Shown: positions 1 through 7,664 of the stretch, in pieces
How the letters are laid out: every line of letters starts with the position of its first letter
Numbering within the stretch: position 1 is the first letter of the stretch
Virus record (IMG/VR): IMGVR_UViG_2778261696_000004
Coordinates: 1 to 31,461 of that record
DNA: 31,461 nt
Origin: a virus
Lineage: Duplodnaviria > Heunggongvirae > Uroviricota > Caudoviricetes
Direction: 5' to 3' (one strand)
Notes under the pieces: model-generated
Databases searched by the model: none
What the model was told of the DNA's origin: nothing
The model's input: the letters and a program-made list of their open reading frames with translations, nothing else
Position numbers and translations under genes: made by a program

Positions 1-68
1 ATTGTAACATTATTTACCACCACCTTTCAATCTTTTTCAATAAATTATTGATTGCAACTTTTGAGTAA

Positions 69-932
69 AGATACTTACGGACTTTCTACACCCATATCTC
101 CGACCAGTACGCGCCCTTCAGTGCCAAGGTGGTCAACGTGGGCATTCGTGATTCAACTTACGTGCTTGATGGCCTGCTGTACCACGAGTCGGACTTGCGC
201 ATCGAGGAACACTACACCGACACGGCAGGCTTCACCGATCACGTGTTTGGCTTGATGCATTTGCTGGGATTTCGCTTCGCGCCGCGTATCCGTGACTTGG
301 GCGAAACCAAGCTATTCATCCCCAAGGGCGATGCCGCCTATGACGCGCTCAAGCCGATGATTAGCAGCGACAGGCTGAACATCAAGCAAATACGCGCCCA
401 TTGGGATGAAATTCTGCGGCTGGCCACCTCCATCAAGCAAGGCACGGTAACGGCTTCGCTGATGCTGCGCAAACTCGGCAGCTACCCGCGCCAGAACGGC
501 TTGGCCGTGGCGTTGCGCGAGCTGGGGCGCATCGAGCGCACGCTGTTCATTTTGGATTGGCTGCAAAGCGTGGAGCTGCGCCGCCGCGTCCATGCGGGGC
601 TGAATAAGGGCGAGGCGCGCAACGCGCTGGCCAGGGCGGTCTTCTTCTACCGATTGGGTGAAATCCGCGACCGCAGTTTTGAGCAGCAGCGCTACCGGGC
701 CAGCGGCCTCAATCTGGTGACGGCGGCCATCGTGTTGTGGAACACGGTATATCTGGAGCGTGCCACCAGTGCTTTGCGTGGCAACGGCACGGCGCTGGAC
801 GACACATTGTTGCAATATCTGTCGCCGCTGGGGTGGGAGCACATCAACCTGACCGGCGATTACCTATGGCGCAGCAGCGCCAAGGTCGGTGCGGGGAAGT
901 TTAGGCCATTGCGACCGCTGCCACCGGCTTAG
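69..932 (+). pseudogene. tnpA: Tn21/Tn3-family transposase TnpA, C-terminal fragment (5'-truncated; frame open from 69, stop TAG 930-932)
   Basis: Translation (…[35 protein letters not shown]…[17 protein letters not shown]) matches my recollection of the C-terminus of Tn21-subgroup TnpA. The stop lies inside the terminal IR, as in Tn3-family elements. The N-terminal ~700 aa are absent. Confidence 0.85.
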
Positions 933-965
933 CGTGCTTTATTTTCCGTTTTCTGAGACGACCCC
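928..965. mobile_element. 38-bp terminal inverted repeat of a Tn21-subgroup transposon (tnpA-proximal end)
   Basis: Sequence cttagcgtgctttattttccgttttctgagacgacccc is the reverse complement of the Tn21-type IR GGGGTCGTCTCAGAAAACGGAAAATAAAGCACGCTAAG as I recall it. It ends at 965, where P1-like sequence begins. Confidence 0.8.
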
Positions 966-1054
966 TACCTGTGTGCTATACTCCTTCTTGATTGATTGGA
1001 TGCGGAATACAAACCCGCTCTTTTGTGCAGCCTGGCTCCTTGCCAGGCTTTTTT

Positions 1055-1366
1055 TTATTTCATCATGGAAGCTGTTAACGCTTTGGACCTTGCTGAACTG
1101 ATTGAAAGAGCATTGTTTACCTTACCCAGGAGTTCGCCAAATTCCCCCATCACTCTAGCAAGCCCGCGCCGCGCTTCCTCCTCCGTTGCATTCATCACAA
1201 AATGTTCAGCACTCCGCATGCTTTTAACGGGGAACGCAACAGATATCGAGTCGATATCAGGCATCCTATCGCTCAACTTTACGGTGACAATGACAGATGG
1301 TGACTGAATTTGAGAGCTTACAGACAGCACCACATATTTTCCGTCTATTTTGAAATCCTTCCGCAT
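1055..1366 (-). CDS. hypothetical protein, 103 aa, downstream of cre
   Basis: ORF with ATG start and a GGTG Shine-Dalgarno-like motif upstream. A C1-operator-like 17-mer sits just upstream at 1383-1399. No recognisable domain. Confidence 0.4.
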   Translation of the reverse strand: MRKDFKIDGKYVVLSVSSQIQSPSVIVTVKLSDRMPDIDSISVAFPVKSMRSAEHFVMNATEEEARRGLARVMGEFGELLGKVNNALSISSARSKALTASMMK

Positions 1367-1382
1367 GTGTCACCATAAATAT

Positions 1383-1399
1383 CAAATAATTAGAGCAAT
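1383..1399 (-). promoter_or_regulatory. C1 repressor operator-like site (ATTGCTCTAATTATTTG, 14/17 to consensus)
   Basis: Matches the P1 C1 operator consensus ATTGCTCTAATAAATTT on the minus strand, between the cre stop and the downstream ORF. Confidence 0.6.
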
Positions 1400-1416
1400 C
1401 AAGCGCAAATGAACGG

Positions 1417-2448
1417 CTAATCGCCATCTTCCAGCAGGCGCACCATTGCCCCCGTTTCACTATCCAGGTTACGAATGTAGTTCATGACAATATTTACGTT
1501 GGTCCAGCCGCCAGCTTGCATGATCTCCGGTATAGAAACTCCGGCGCGGGCCATATCTCGCGCGGCACCGACACGGGCACTATGTCCAGACCAGGCCTGG
1601 TATCGCTGACCAGAGTCATCTTTTGCCCCGTAAATCAATCGGTGAGTTGCTTCAAAAATCCCTTCCAGGGCGCGAGTTGATAGCTGGCTGGTGGATGATG
1701 GCGCGGCAACACCATTTTTTCTGACGCGGCAAAACAGGTAGTTATTCGGATCATCAGCTACACCAGAGACAGAAATCCATCGCTCAACCAGTTTAGTTAC
1801 CCCCAGGCTAAGTGCCTTCTCTACACCAGCGGTGCTAACCAGCGTTTTCGTTCTGCCAATATGGATTAACATTCTCCCACCGTCAGTACGTGAGATATCT
1901 TTAACCCTGATCCTGGAAATTTCGGCTATACGTAACAGGGTGTTATAAGCAATCCCCAGAAATGCCAGATTACGTATATCCTGGCAGCGATCGCTATTTT
2001 CCATGAGTGAACGAACCTGGTCGAAATCAGTGCGTTCGAACGCCAGTGCCTGTTTTGCACGTTCACCGGCATCAACGTTTTCTTTTCGGATCCGTCGCAT
2101 GACCAGTGAAACAGCATTGCTGTCACTTGGTCGTGGCAGACCGGACCGACGATGAAGCATATTTAGCTGGCCCAAATGTTGCTGGATAGTTTTCACTGCC
2201 AGACCACGCGCCTGAAGATATAGAAGATAATCGCGAACATCTTCAGGTTCTGCGGGAAACCACTTCCGGTTATTCAACTTGCACCATGCCGCCCACGACC
2301 GGCAAACGGACAGAAGCATTTTCCAGGTATGCTCAGAAAACGCCTGGCGATCCCTGAACATGTCCATCAGGTTCTTGCGAACCTCATCACTCGTTGCATC
2401 GACCGGTAATGCAGGCAAATTTTGGTGTACGGTCAGTAAATTGGACAT
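1417..2448 (-). CDS. cre: Cre site-specific tyrosine recombinase
   Basis: 343-aa translation is near-identical to P1 Cre as recalled (MSNLLTVHQNLPALPV…GWTNVNIVMNYIRNLDSETGAMVRLLEDGD), with a few substitutions. A loxP site lies about 420 bp upstream. Confidence 0.97.
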   Translation of the reverse strand: MSNLLTVHQNLPALPVDATSDEVRKNLMDMFRDRQAFSEHTWKMLLSVCRSWAAWCKLNNRKWFPAEPEDVRDYLLYLQARGLAVKTIQQHLGQLNMLHRRSGLPRPSDSNAVSLVMRRIRKENVDAGERAKQALAFERTDFDQVRSLMENSDRCQDIRNLAFLGIAYNTLLRIAEISRIRVKDISRTDGGRMLIHIGRTKTLVSTAGVEKALSLGVTKLVERWISVSGVADDPNNYLFCRVRKNGVAAPSSTSQLSTRALEGIFEATHRLIYGAKDDSGQRYQAWSGHSARVGAARDMARAGVSIPEIMQAGGWTNVNIVMNYIRNLDSETGAMVRLLEDGD

Positions 2449-2455
2449 TTAACAC

Positions 2456-2677
2456 TCAGATAATGGTTTTAAGTAAAGTGTACAGGATCGGCTCTGCCTT
2501 TACCTGTTTATGGTTCTCGTCATAGAAACGCCAGCGACCGCGCGTGCGTCCTATTTTCTCTTCACCGCGCGATAATGACAGTTGGCAACTATCACGATCA
2601 AACCCTTTTGCCCGCCAGTAACCACGGTTTTTCTCAAGCTCAAGATGAGTGGACACTTTAGCAGCTGAATATCCCAT
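2456..2677 (-). CDS. hypothetical small protein (73 aa) immediately upstream of cre
   Basis: ATG preceded by GAGGTG Shine-Dalgarno about 5 nt upstream; stop is 5 nt before the cre ATG. No known domain, and it could overlap cre promoter elements. Confidence 0.35.
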   Translation of the reverse strand: MGYSAAKVSTHLELEKNRGYWRAKGFDRDSCQLSLSRGEEKIGRTRGRWRFYDENHKQVKAEPILYTLLKTII

Positions 2678-2773
2678 TTTTCACCTCTGATTGATTGGTG
2701 GTGCTAAGTGCGCTACGCGAAATCTGGAGCACAAACACTGCCAACATTTCGCAGATTTTACGTAGCGCAACCT

Positions 2774-2795
2774 TGATCAAATGATCAAGTGATCA
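2774..2795. promoter_or_regulatory. Three TGATCA hexamers (Dam GATC sites) spaced 8 bp in the cre upstream region
   Basis: cttGATCAaaTGATCAagTGATCAc seen directly. P1 cre promoters are reported to be Dam-methylation sensitive. Confidence 0.5.
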
Positions 2796-2866
2796 CTATT
2801 TGACCTGATAAGGTATTGAACTGTATGGATTTACAGGTAAATTGATCATGTTCAATAACCCTTAAG

Positions 2867-2900
2867 ATAACTTCGTATAATGTATGCTATACGAAATTAT
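2867..2900. other. loxP: loxP recombination site, single-base variant (ATAACTTCGTATA-ATGTATGC-TATACGAAATTAT)
   Basis: 13-bp arm, 8-bp spacer, 13-bp arm. The right arm has A at 2896 where canonical loxP has G (GAAGTTAT becomes GAAATTAT). Confidence 0.9.
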
Positions 2901-2943
2901 CAGGTCCGAAGAGGAGTTTACGTCCAGCTGCGCACAAAAATCA

Positions 2944-2960
2944 ATAATTATTAGAGCAAT
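2944..2960 (-). promoter_or_regulatory. C1 operator (15/17)
   Basis: Reverse complement is ATTGCTCTAATAATTAT, in the loxP-coi intergenic region. Confidence 0.65.
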
Positions 2961-3020
2961 AAATTTTGAGAGAAAAATCCCACTCCACCAGCTAAAAACT
3001 GGATTGTTTTTCATAGTTGT

Positions 3021-3043
3021 TTGACAATTGCTCTAATAAATTA
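3021..3043 (+). promoter_or_regulatory. C1 operator (ATTGCTCTAATAAATTA, 16/17) overlapping a TTGACA -35 hexamer
   Basis: TTGACAATTGCTCTAATAAATTATAG seen directly: -35-like hexamer fused to the operator, upstream of coi-c1. Confidence 0.7.
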
Positions 3044-3281
3044 TAGTTTTGCCGCCGTTACGTAATACGACTTTGGATTCACTATTTAATGTGTCTTCAG
3101 CGTTGTAGAGCGGCTCAGAAGGAAATGAGCAAACAGGGAAACCTTATACAACGGCATTACAGCTATGCATTGCTCATCTTACACACAGCGCAATGTTGTT
3201 AGATTACCCCAGCATGGATCATGGGTGAAACAGTAGGTCAGAGCTTCAGGCTCTGTGTTGTCAATACAGTGAGGCATAATT

Positions 3282-3491
3282 ATGGCTTTCATTCAACCAA
3301 CCATCGACGACGTTAGACATTGCTCTAACGCTTTATCTGTAGACCCTGCCGAAACCGACGCTGCCCGCGCCATTGCTGAACACTACTCAAAGATATCCAA
3401 TCAGGAGTACCGCATCACCCAAGACGACCTGGATGATCTCACTGACACAATCGAATATCTCATGGCAACTAACCAGTTAGACTCACAATAA
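3282..3491 (+). CDS. coi: Coi, C1 inactivator
   Basis: 69-aa ORF immediately upstream of c1 on the same strand. Size and position match P1 coi; the sequence itself was not independently recalled. Confidence 0.75.
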   Translation: MAFIQPTIDDVRHCSNALSVDPAETDAARAIAEHYSKISNQEYRITQDDLDDLTDTIEYLMATNQLDSQ

Positions 3492-3534
3492 ATGCACTAA
3501 TAAATCTATTATTTTTGTTTGATCCCTCTATAAT
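3491..3534 (+). promoter_or_regulatory. Operator-like 17-mer (AATGCACTAATAAATCT, 14/17) plus TATAAT -10 hexamer (3529-3534) upstream of c1
   Basis: Operator-like site at the coi stop, followed by a perfect TATAAT about 70 bp upstream of the c1 start. Consistent with autoregulated c1 expression. Confidence 0.5.
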
Positions 3535-3601
3535 ATAGGTCAGTAATGACCGGTTTTCTCAGCCGGGCGTTATTGACCATGTCAATTCTGGAGGAGGATC
3601 A

Positions 3602-4453
3602 ATGATAAATTATGTCTACGGCGAACAACTGTACCAGGAGTTCGTCAGCTTCAGGGATCTCTTTCTAAAAAAAGCTGTTGCACGCGCCCAACACGTTGAT
3701 ACAGCCAGCGACGGTCGTCCTGTACGCCCGGTTGTCGTTCTACCGTTCAAAGAAACTGACAGCATTCAGGCTGAAATTGATAAATGGACTTTAATGGCGC
3801 GGGAACTGGAACAGTACCCAGACCTCAATATCCCAAAGACTATTTTATATCCAGTGCCTAACATCCTTCGCGGTGTGCGCAAGGTTACAACTTATCAGAC
3901 AGAAGCTGTGAACAGCGTCAACATGACCGCTGGCCGCATTATTCATCTGATTGATAAGGACATTCGCATCCAAAAAAGCGCGGGGATCAATGAGCACAGT
4001 GCGAAATACATAGAGAACCTGGAAGCAACAAAAGAGCTAATGAGGCAGTACCCGGAGGATGAAAAATTCCGTATGCGCGTACACGGCTTTAGCGAAACAA
4101 TGCTGCGCGTCCACTACATTTCCAGTAGCCCTAACTACAATGATGGTAAATCAGTTAGTTACCATGTGCCACTGTGTGGCGTGTTTATCTGCGATGAAAC
4201 TCTCCGTGATGGAATTATCATCAACGGTGAATTCGAAAAAGCAAAATTTAGCCTTTATGACTCCATAGAACCGATCATCTGCGACCGCTGGCCGCAAGCA
4301 AAAATATATCGCCTGGCAGATATTGAAAATGTAAAAAAACAAATTGCCATCACTCGCGAAGAGAAAAAGGTTAAGTCAGCCGCATCAGTTACGCGCAGCC
4401 GTAAAACCAAGAAGGGGCAGCCAGTAAACGACAACCCCGAAAGCGCGCAATAA
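3602..4453 (+). CDS. c1: C1 repressor of lysis (primary immunity repressor)
   Basis: 283-aa translation (MINYVYGEQLYQEFVSFRDLFLKK…NDNPESAQ) matches P1 C1 as recalled. Cognate operators are distributed across the window. Confidence 0.93.
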   Translation: MINYVYGEQLYQEFVSFRDLFLKKAVARAQHVDTASDGRPVRPVVVLPFKETDSIQAEIDKWTLMARELEQYPDLNIPKTILYPVPNILRGVRKVTTYQTEAVNSVNMTAGRIIHLIDKDIRIQKSAGINEHSAKYIENLEATKELMRQYPEDEKFRMRVHGFSETMLRVHYISSSPNYNDGKSVSYHVPLCGVFICDETLRDGIIINGEFEKAKFSLYDSIEPIICDRWPQAKIYRLADIENVKKQIAITREEKKVKSAASVTRSRKTKKGQPVNDNPESAQ

Positions 4454-4456
4454 ATT

Positions 4457-4478
4457 ATGCCCGGCATCAACCGGGCAT
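4457..4478. terminator. Bidirectional hairpin terminator between convergent c1 and the antirepressor gene
   Basis: ATGCCCGG-catcaa-CCGGGCAT, an 8-bp stem, lies between the two stop codons, with a U-rich flank on the minus side. Confidence 0.5.
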
Positions 4479-4485
4479 TCTTCCA

Positions 4486-5601
4486 TTATTCAGCCGCCAC
4501 CGGTTTTAACAAGCCAGCATCGAGCAGTTTACGCGTCAACCACTGCTGGCCTTTACCCGTTAATTGAGGCGTCAACCGTATCTGGTAGCCATCTTCATCA
4601 TCCAGCACCACTTCTTTCACCGTGAAATACCCGGCGTTGATGTATTGCTGGAGCGGTACATTTTTACGCCCGCCGGACGCAATCAGGATGCCGTTCTCCC
4701 GTAACCAGGCAAACAGCGCGTTTTGCTTAAGTCCAACAACCTTTGCAAAATTCCCAATCAGGATCCCTTTAGCTACTGATACCCGGTCGGCAAAATCGAC
4801 TTTAGGAGCGGCGGCCACCAGCTGCTGATTTAGCTGGTGGGCTTTCTGTTCCAGAAGCTGCTTTTGTTCAGCCAGTTCGGCAGCCAGGCGCAGAGCTTCT
4901 GGAAGCGTCTGGGGGATTGCGATCGGTTGCTGTTCTTTTTGTCGGAAGTAGCTGTCTTCCAGTTTTTCAAAGAATGCCCATGCCTGATCGGTTTCGAGCA
5001 TTTTAGCGTGACGGGCAGCTCCTCGTTCTGTCCAGAGGATGAGAGAGCGCGCTTTGGGGGAGACTGGATTTTGTGAGTAGTTTAAAGCTACCCGCAAATT
5101 TTTCAGCTCATCGCCAATAACCTTGAAAAAGTGCTTCGCTTCAACAAAGCGTACTTTGTTCTCATGATGATTCTGGCGAATGCGAATCGCTTCTGTACCA
5201 TACCCCTTAGCAAGAGTTTCGGTTGTTACGACACGCACTCCCTGCCACTCCAGAACGGGAATTTCATCCGGCTGATTCTGAACAACCACCAGTTCCGATT
5301 CCTGAACTGAAGGTGCATAAATTTTTTCTGATTTAACGTTAGTTGCTTTCATTCTGTGTGCCTCCTTGCGTGCTTCGGCTGCGACGGTTGCGTAATTCAG
5401 ATGACCCTGTTCGAGCAGGTATTCACGGATATCGGTTAGCAGAATGCGGTGAACCGCGTGTTTGTCCTTTCTCCGGTAAAGTTGTTTGGTGATCATGAAG
5501 TAGTTGGCAATAACGCCAGGTATATCCCTGGTACTGATACAGGCAGTGTGCTGTTCAATTGCCTCGATCATCTCTTCACGGGTAACTAACGATGTTCTCA
5601 T
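4486..5601 (-). CDS. phage antirepressor (N-terminal Rha/ORF6N-like region, C-terminal KilAC/ANT domain), 371 aa
   Basis: C-terminal segment (AKGILIGNFAKVVGLKQNALFAWLRENGIL…PLQQYINAGYFTVKEVV…LTGKGQQWL) fits the KilA-C antirepressor pattern. Its start overlaps the stop of the upstream small ORF. Confidence 0.7.
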   Translation of the reverse strand: MRTSLVTREEMIEAIEQHTACISTRDIPGVIANYFMITKQLYRRKDKHAVHRILLTDIREYLLEQGHLNYATVAAEARKEAHRMKATNVKSEKIYAPSVQESELVVVQNQPDEIPVLEWQGVRVVTTETLAKGYGTEAIRIRQNHHENKVRFVEAKHFFKVIGDELKNLRVALNYSQNPVSPKARSLILWTERGAARHAKMLETDQAWAFFEKLEDSYFRQKEQQPIAIPQTLPEALRLAAELAEQKQLLEQKAHQLNQQLVAAAPKVDFADRVSVAKGILIGNFAKVVGLKQNALFAWLRENGILIASGGRKNVPLQQYINAGYFTVKEVVLDDEDGYQIRLTPQLTGKGQQWLTRKLLDAGLLKPVAAE

Positions 5602-5819
5602 AGTCCCTCCTGAGCAGAAGCGTTAACAGGGAGGCACCAGTAACTGAGAGAATTGCGTGAATCAGTGGAAAAACGGGCAGAGAAAATACATGGGGCGTCA
5701 GGAAGCTGAGAACGTGCCTCATCTTCTGTCGGTGCAATAACGAAGTGATAGTGACGTTTTTGGCAGGAGTAAAAGCGCCAGATAAATTCAGGATGAGCAG
5801 GGGTAGGGATAGTAGCCAC
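5598..5819 (-). CDS. small protein, Icd/Ash-like (putative cell-division-inhibitor family), 73 aa, GTG start
   Basis: TPAHPEFIWRF…EDEARSQL resembles Ash/Icd-like proteins as I recall them. AAGGAGG Shine-Dalgarno upstream; translationally coupled to the antirepressor, the same layout as icd-ant in P1 immI. Confidence 0.45.
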   Translation of the reverse strand: MATIPTPAHPEFIWRFYSCQKRHYHFVIAPTEDEARSQLPDAPCIFSARFSTDSRNSLSYWCLPVNASAQEGL

Positions 5820-6004
5820 AATGGCAGCCTCCTTTTGCTAATTTAAGGAGCTACCGCGTGAGGTCTCAATCTCAATGGCGGTAGCACTGACTGGGTTGAG
5901 ACTACCGGCGCAAAAGGGAACCGGCCTGCCTTTCGGCAGCCCAGCCAGCACTACCATTGATCTCCGAGCTAAACGCTACGTATGGCTGTGCGATGGCATG
6001 ACAC

Positions 6005-6028
6005 AAAAAAAAGACGCTTTTGGCGTCT
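6005..6028 (-). terminator. Rho-independent terminator (AGACGC-caaaa-GCGTCT followed by a run of 7-8 T) on the minus strand
   Basis: Perfect 6-bp stem and T-run seen directly. Lies about 140 nt downstream of the operator at 6160-6176 and upstream of the icd-like SD. Confidence 0.65.
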
Positions 6029-6159
6029 GTGTCGCCTTTTGCATTATCCGGGGTCTCAATCCCGGCACCCGTTTTAATGAGGTGCCTGATAAGCATAAAC
6101 CGAAAATGCCTCAAGGCGCAAGAGGTCAGGTTCAATGTAACATCGGCAGTTAAAAAACA
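6029..6159 (-). ncRNA. candidate small regulatory RNA (c4-like antisense RNA candidate)
   Basis: ORF-poor segment bounded by a C1 operator and an intrinsic terminator. Contains hairpin CCGGG-ATTGAGAC-CCCGG (6048-6065) whose loop is complementary to GTCTCAA in the icd-like leader (5893-5906). Confidence 0.4.
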
Positions 6160-6176
6160 CAATTTATTAGAGCAAA
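6160..6176 (-). promoter_or_regulatory. C1 operator (TTTGCTCTAATAAATTG, 15/17) directly downstream of the pacB stop
   Basis: 17-mer match on the minus strand, heading the sRNA / icd-like / antirepressor unit. Confidence 0.65.
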
Positions 6177-6179
6177 TAT

Positions 6180-7664
6180 TCATTCATTAAGCCATGCCAG
6201 AGCTTCATCAACCTGCGCTTCGTCTTCGACGCTAAGCACTTCATCCTGGGGAACATAATCCGCCAGCATAGCGAAACAATATGTATCCCAATGGTCTGGT
6301 GAGTGCAGGTTGAGTTTTTTCTTCATATCCTCCTTACTCATCACCTTCCATTGACCTGCGGAATTTATCCCGACCGGTATCTTTGATGCTTCCTCTATAG
6401 TCGCAGCCCCCTTATCAAGCCGCATACGCCCTGATTTTACAGCTTCTGCCGCCTGAATATTCGCGAAAGCGCGCATATCGAAATAAAGGCTTTTATCTTC
6501 ACGGCTGTGCATCTTTTTACCCCAGCGGATACGCTGGACGGTAATACCATAGCGTTCGTACATCAGATCAGCCGTCGATTTCCCCAAGCCATCGCCATCA
6601 ATAGCTATGGTTATGTTCGGGAACCGTTCTGGGTTACATTCTGCGAAAATCTTGGCGGCTAACTGCGTTTCTGTAACGTCTGTGTATTCCAGCATACGAT
6701 AGTTGATTACACGGCGTTTATTTCGCTGGCCGGACACCATCATGATATTAATAACGGACTTATCTCGTCCTGTGCCACCAGCAACGTCAACACATGCAAC
6801 CCAGCCCCATCCTTTGGCAATCTTGACCTTTCGCCGCGTCGCCCGCTCAACCTCATCACGACCAAGAAGAAAGCCATCTTGCGATTTGGGGAATTCACCA
6901 CGTACTTTGATCATGTACATGGGGTTATCACGACCGCCATACTCCGCAAGTTTTGCTCGTATAAATTTTGCATCTACAAGCGGAGATTCTTCACTATTCA
7001 GTATTATCGCAGTAAACAATCCATCAGGATTTCCCGGGCGAATAGCTAGTCTGTGGTGTGAATCGTAGAAATAGCCTGAAGGTCGCGTAGGCTGGGAAAG
7101 AAGCAGAATACGGTTATCCTTACCGGTCAGCGCACCTGTTATCACACTGAATGCTTTATCACTCACACCCGACGCTTCGTCGATGATATACAAGAGATGA
7201 TCGGCGTGTTCACCAGCCAACGCCTCCTCATTTCCGGGGCGACAGGACTTTATCAATATTGTCCAAACACCCTTGCCAGTCACCTCAAAAAAAGACGTTT
7301 CTGTAAGAATGAAATACTTCGACAACCACGGGAATCTGCTAACAGCAGTAGCCCAATTGCTCTTTATGTATTTGAAAATACCATCAAGGACTTGCTGTCT
7401 TTTGTTAGCGACCAGAATGACGCGAGCGCCGGGGAAAAACATGATGAAGAGTATTGCAATGATACTCGTCATATCCGATTTACCAGTACCATGGCCGGAG
7501 GTCACACTTGTCCAACTGCCGTCCTGCTGCGTGGACTCAATGATCTCATCCTGCTGCCAGGTTGGTGTCTTCCCAAACAACACATCAGCGGCCGCAATCC
7601 AGTCATAACGATATAGCGCCACCAGCTCGCGCCAACGTGGGTCCGTTACGCAACTTCTGGCCAT
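6180..7664 (-). CDS. pacB: PacB, terminase large (ATPase) subunit
   Basis: 494 aa with Walker A (SGHGTGKSD). Size and position downstream of pacA match P1 pacB. Confidence 0.88.
   Translation of the reverse strand: MARSCVTDPRWRELVALYRYDWIAAADVLFGKTPTWQQDEIIESTQQDGSWTSVTSGHGTGKSDMTSIIAILFIMFFPGARVILVANKRQQVLDGIFKYIKSNWATAVSRFPWLSKYFILTETSFFEVTGKGVWTILIKSCRPGNEEALAGEHADHLLYIIDEASGVSDKAFSVITGALTGKDNRILLLSQPTRPSGYFYDSHHRLAIRPGNPDGLFTAIILNSEESPLVDAKFIRAKLAEYGGRDNPMYMIKVRGEFPKSQDGFLLGRDEVERATRRKVKIAKGWGWVACVDVAGGTGRDKSVINIMMVSGQRNKRRVINYRMLEYTDVTETQLAAKIFAECNPERFPNITIAIDGDGLGKSTADLMYERYGITVQRIRWGKKMHSREDKSLYFDMRAFANIQAAEAVKSGRMRLDKGAATIEEASKIPVGINSAGQWKVMSKEDMKKKLNLHSPDHWDTYCFAMLADYVPQDEVLSVEDEAQVDEALAWLNE

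Noticed and set aside
312-842. 176-aa minus-strand ORF inside the tnpA fragment, and similar antisense ORFs inside pacB, pdcB, ban and dmt (for example 6703-7068, 9772-9966, 26510-26980, 29897-30256)
   Set aside because: They are embedded antisense in confidently assigned genes, lack ribosome-binding sites and have biased Arg/Ser/Pro-rich translations typical of spurious ORFs.
2900-3282. Small imcA/imcB-like ORFs between loxP and coi
   Set aside because: Only very short frames (25 codons or fewer) were found by eye, with no convincing SD, so they are not reported as genes. The region is dominated by C1 operators and promoter elements.
5576-5821. 81-aa TTG-start ORF in an alternative frame to the Icd/Ash-like ORF
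   Set aside because: Low-complexity Leu/Ser-rich translation. The overlapping 73-aa frame has the family-like motif and is coupled to the antirepressor start.
5841-5869. Possible sigma-70 promoter (TTGAGA, 17 bp, TTAAAT) immediately upstream of the icd-like SD
   Set aside because: The predicted start site would fall on the SD itself, leaving almost no leader. More likely the hexamers are part of the antisense-target and SD-hairpin structure.
5902-6183. 93-codon minus-strand ORF whose ATG overlaps the pacB stop in an ATGA arrangement
   Set aside because: It runs through a C1 operator, the CCGGG-loop-CCCGG hairpin and a canonical intrinsic terminator with a T-run, so the region is better explained as non-coding leader or sRNA. 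The ATGA overlap is probably fortuitous.
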